Assembly: GCA_029260015.1 (NCBI GenBank)
Contig: JAJDEB010000036.1
Location: 842,554-906,553, forward strand
Source: Phycisphaerae bacterium
Lineage (GTDB): Bacteria; Planctomycetota; Phycisphaerae; UBA1845
Length of the DNA: 64,000 nucleotides
Direction of reading: 5' to 3'
This document shows positions 62,613 through 64,000 of the stretch, one piece after another. The notes under the pieces were generated by a model, which did no database searches, was not told where the DNA came from, and was given only the letters and a program-made list of their open reading frames with translations. Numbering within the stretch: the first letter of the stretch is position 1; every line of letters begins with the position of its first letter. The position numbers and the translations under genes are program-made.

Positions 62613-63800
62613 TTACCCGCGACGCAGGATGCGACTGAGCAGACCGCCCTGAGACGGGGCTGGCGCGTCACTGGAAGTCTCGTTGTTGAAGAGTCGCTGG
62701 GCGATCCCCTGAATCGCGAGTCGCGCCGGGCTGTCGGGCGACTCGGAATACATCGGTGCCCCAAGGTCGAGCGCCGCCTGCACATGCCGATAGTCGTTGG
62801 GAATCGTCGCAAAGATTGGTCTTTGAAAATGCGACTCGACTTCGCTCGGTGTGATCCGCTCGAAGTTGGCTTTGTAGCGATTCAACACAACTTCGATGTG
62901 GTCGGCTGGCACGCTCATTTGTTGCAGGATCTGGAAGATGCGGGTCGCATTGCGAATCGACGCGACGCTGAGTTGCGAAATCACCAGCACGCGTTCTGCT
63001 GCTTGGACAGCGGCTGCACTTAGGAAACTGAACGTTCGCGGCAGATCGACAACCACAAACGGGTACATATCGTTAAGCACCTGGAACGTTTGCGTGGTCG
63101 CTTCGGGTGACACCGATCGGGCACCTTCCACATCGTGCGGGCGTGCAAACAGTGCGATGTTGTCGTGGACGATCTCTGCCGCCTTTGCCAAAAACTCTTT
63201 GTCGATCTGCTGACCGTCAACGCAAATGTCCGCGAGCGTGTACTTTGGTTCACTGTCGAACGCGCAAGCCACGTCGCCAAATTCCAAGTCCATATCAACA
63301 AGGCCGCAGGGCGCCTCAGCCAAGGCTGCCAATTCCATCGCAAGGTTGCACGAAACGGTCGTCGCTCCGACCCCGCCCGATGAACCGATGATGCATATGC
63401 GCTTGCCCGACGGTGCTGAAACCTGCCGGGTGGCCGCGATCCGATTCACTGCATCGCGCAAGTCGGTCTCGTCGACGGGCCAATGTACGAATTGATTGCA
63501 ACCGGTCCGCATGGCGCGGATGATCTTTGTCGGATCGGAATTGCTGCTGACGCCGATGATGCCACAGTTCGGCTGAACCTTGTGCGTGTATTCGATGGCC
63601 TCAAAACCAAGATCGCCGTCGTCATCCAGGTTGATCGCCACAGCATCCACTTTCGTGGTTCGCATGCCTTCGCGAAATTCCTCGATGTCGGCGGTCTCGC
63701 CAAGGACGGTCACCTGATCCAGCGCTTCAAACGGCGCTGCAAAAGGCATATCGCCCGGTGACACCACCGAGAACAAACACAACTTCAGTTTATGAGCCAT
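62613..63800 (-). CDS. CpaE/TadZ-like pilus-assembly ATPase (receiver-like N-domain plus MinD/ParA-type P-loop)
   Basis: 395-aa ORF with a deviant Walker A, IGSSGGVGATTVSCNLA, and the MinD/ParA fold pattern. The N-terminal 120 aa are CheY-like. Confidence 0.7.
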   Translation of the reverse strand: MAHKLKLCLFSVVSPGDMPFAAPFEALDQVTVLGETADIEEFREGMRTTKVDAVAINLDDDGDLGFEAIEYTHKVQPNCGIIGVSSNSDPTKIIRAMRTGCNQFVHWPVDETDLRDAVNRIAATRQVSAPSGKRICIIGSSGGVGATTVSCNLAMELAALAEAPCGLVDMDLEFGDVACAFDSEPKYTLADICVDGQQIDKEFLAKAAEIVHDNIALFARPHDVEGARSVSPEATTQTFQVLNDMYPFVVVDLPRTFSFLSAAAVQAAERVLVISQLSVASIRNATRIFQILQQMSVPADHIEVVLNRYKANFERITPSEVESHFQRPIFATIPNDYRHVQAALDLGAPMYSESPDSPARLAIQGIAQRLFNNETSSDAPAPSQGGLLSRILRRG

Positions 63801-64000
63801 TTATCAAATACCTCGTGGTAAGTGTGCCGATCTCGCCTTAAATCGGAAGCGAAGCCCGCGCCTACACCAGTGAATATCGGTCAGCCGCTTCAGTGCATGG
63901 GTTAAAAAGCCCAAACTTCTGACCGACCGATAATCACCGCCGCCCGCCTTGACCTTCGACAGGATGCTTCTACCATCGCTGATGTTTCGCGGGGTCAGGC

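Overview
This is a 64-kb chromosomal window of about 55-58% G+C, judged by hand counts of a few lines. I call about 50 protein genes, one tRNA-Asp(GTC) and one sub-60-aa gene missing from the ORF track (rpmH, 25812-25952). There is no rRNA, CRISPR array, prophage or integrase. The gene content suggests a Planctomycetota (Pirellulales-like) chromosome; this is inference, resting on an ECF sigma/Ser-Thr kinase pair, dockerin-tailed beta-propeller proteins, PEP-CTERM cargo, DUF11 proteins, a split cytochrome b and CpaE. The housekeeping backbone is ahcY, rpoD-dnaG, tsaE-thiL, rpmH, a Rieske/cytochrome b operon, dacB, lgt, panC, accA and an RND efflux pair. Items worth a second look: (1) A three-gene operon of secreted proteins (32437-35885). 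One product has six regular 15-17-residue GG-x-A-x-S repeats, and two products end in Arg-rich tails. I cannot assign them to a family; they may form a surface fibre or beta-solenoid module. (2) A low-GC islet (about 4950-6722) with a SUKH/SMI1-type immunity-like gene and two orphan genes but no toxin gene. (3) Three families of intergenic palindromic repeats, including a RAYT (REP-associated tyrosine transposase) gene bracketed by its own inverted REPs, plus a REPIN-like doublet elsewhere. (4) A bacterial SLC4/band-3-type anion exchanger fused to a PTS-EIIA domain. (5) A SahR-like ArsR-methyltransferase regulator next to ahcY, with a 24-bp palindrome in front of it. (6) An ECF sigma/anti-sigma pair followed by a secreted protein with two secretin-N/STN-like modules. 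(7) A membrane-anchored coiled-coil protein with a BRCT-like C-terminus. All family assignments come from motif recognition by eye. No database search was run.
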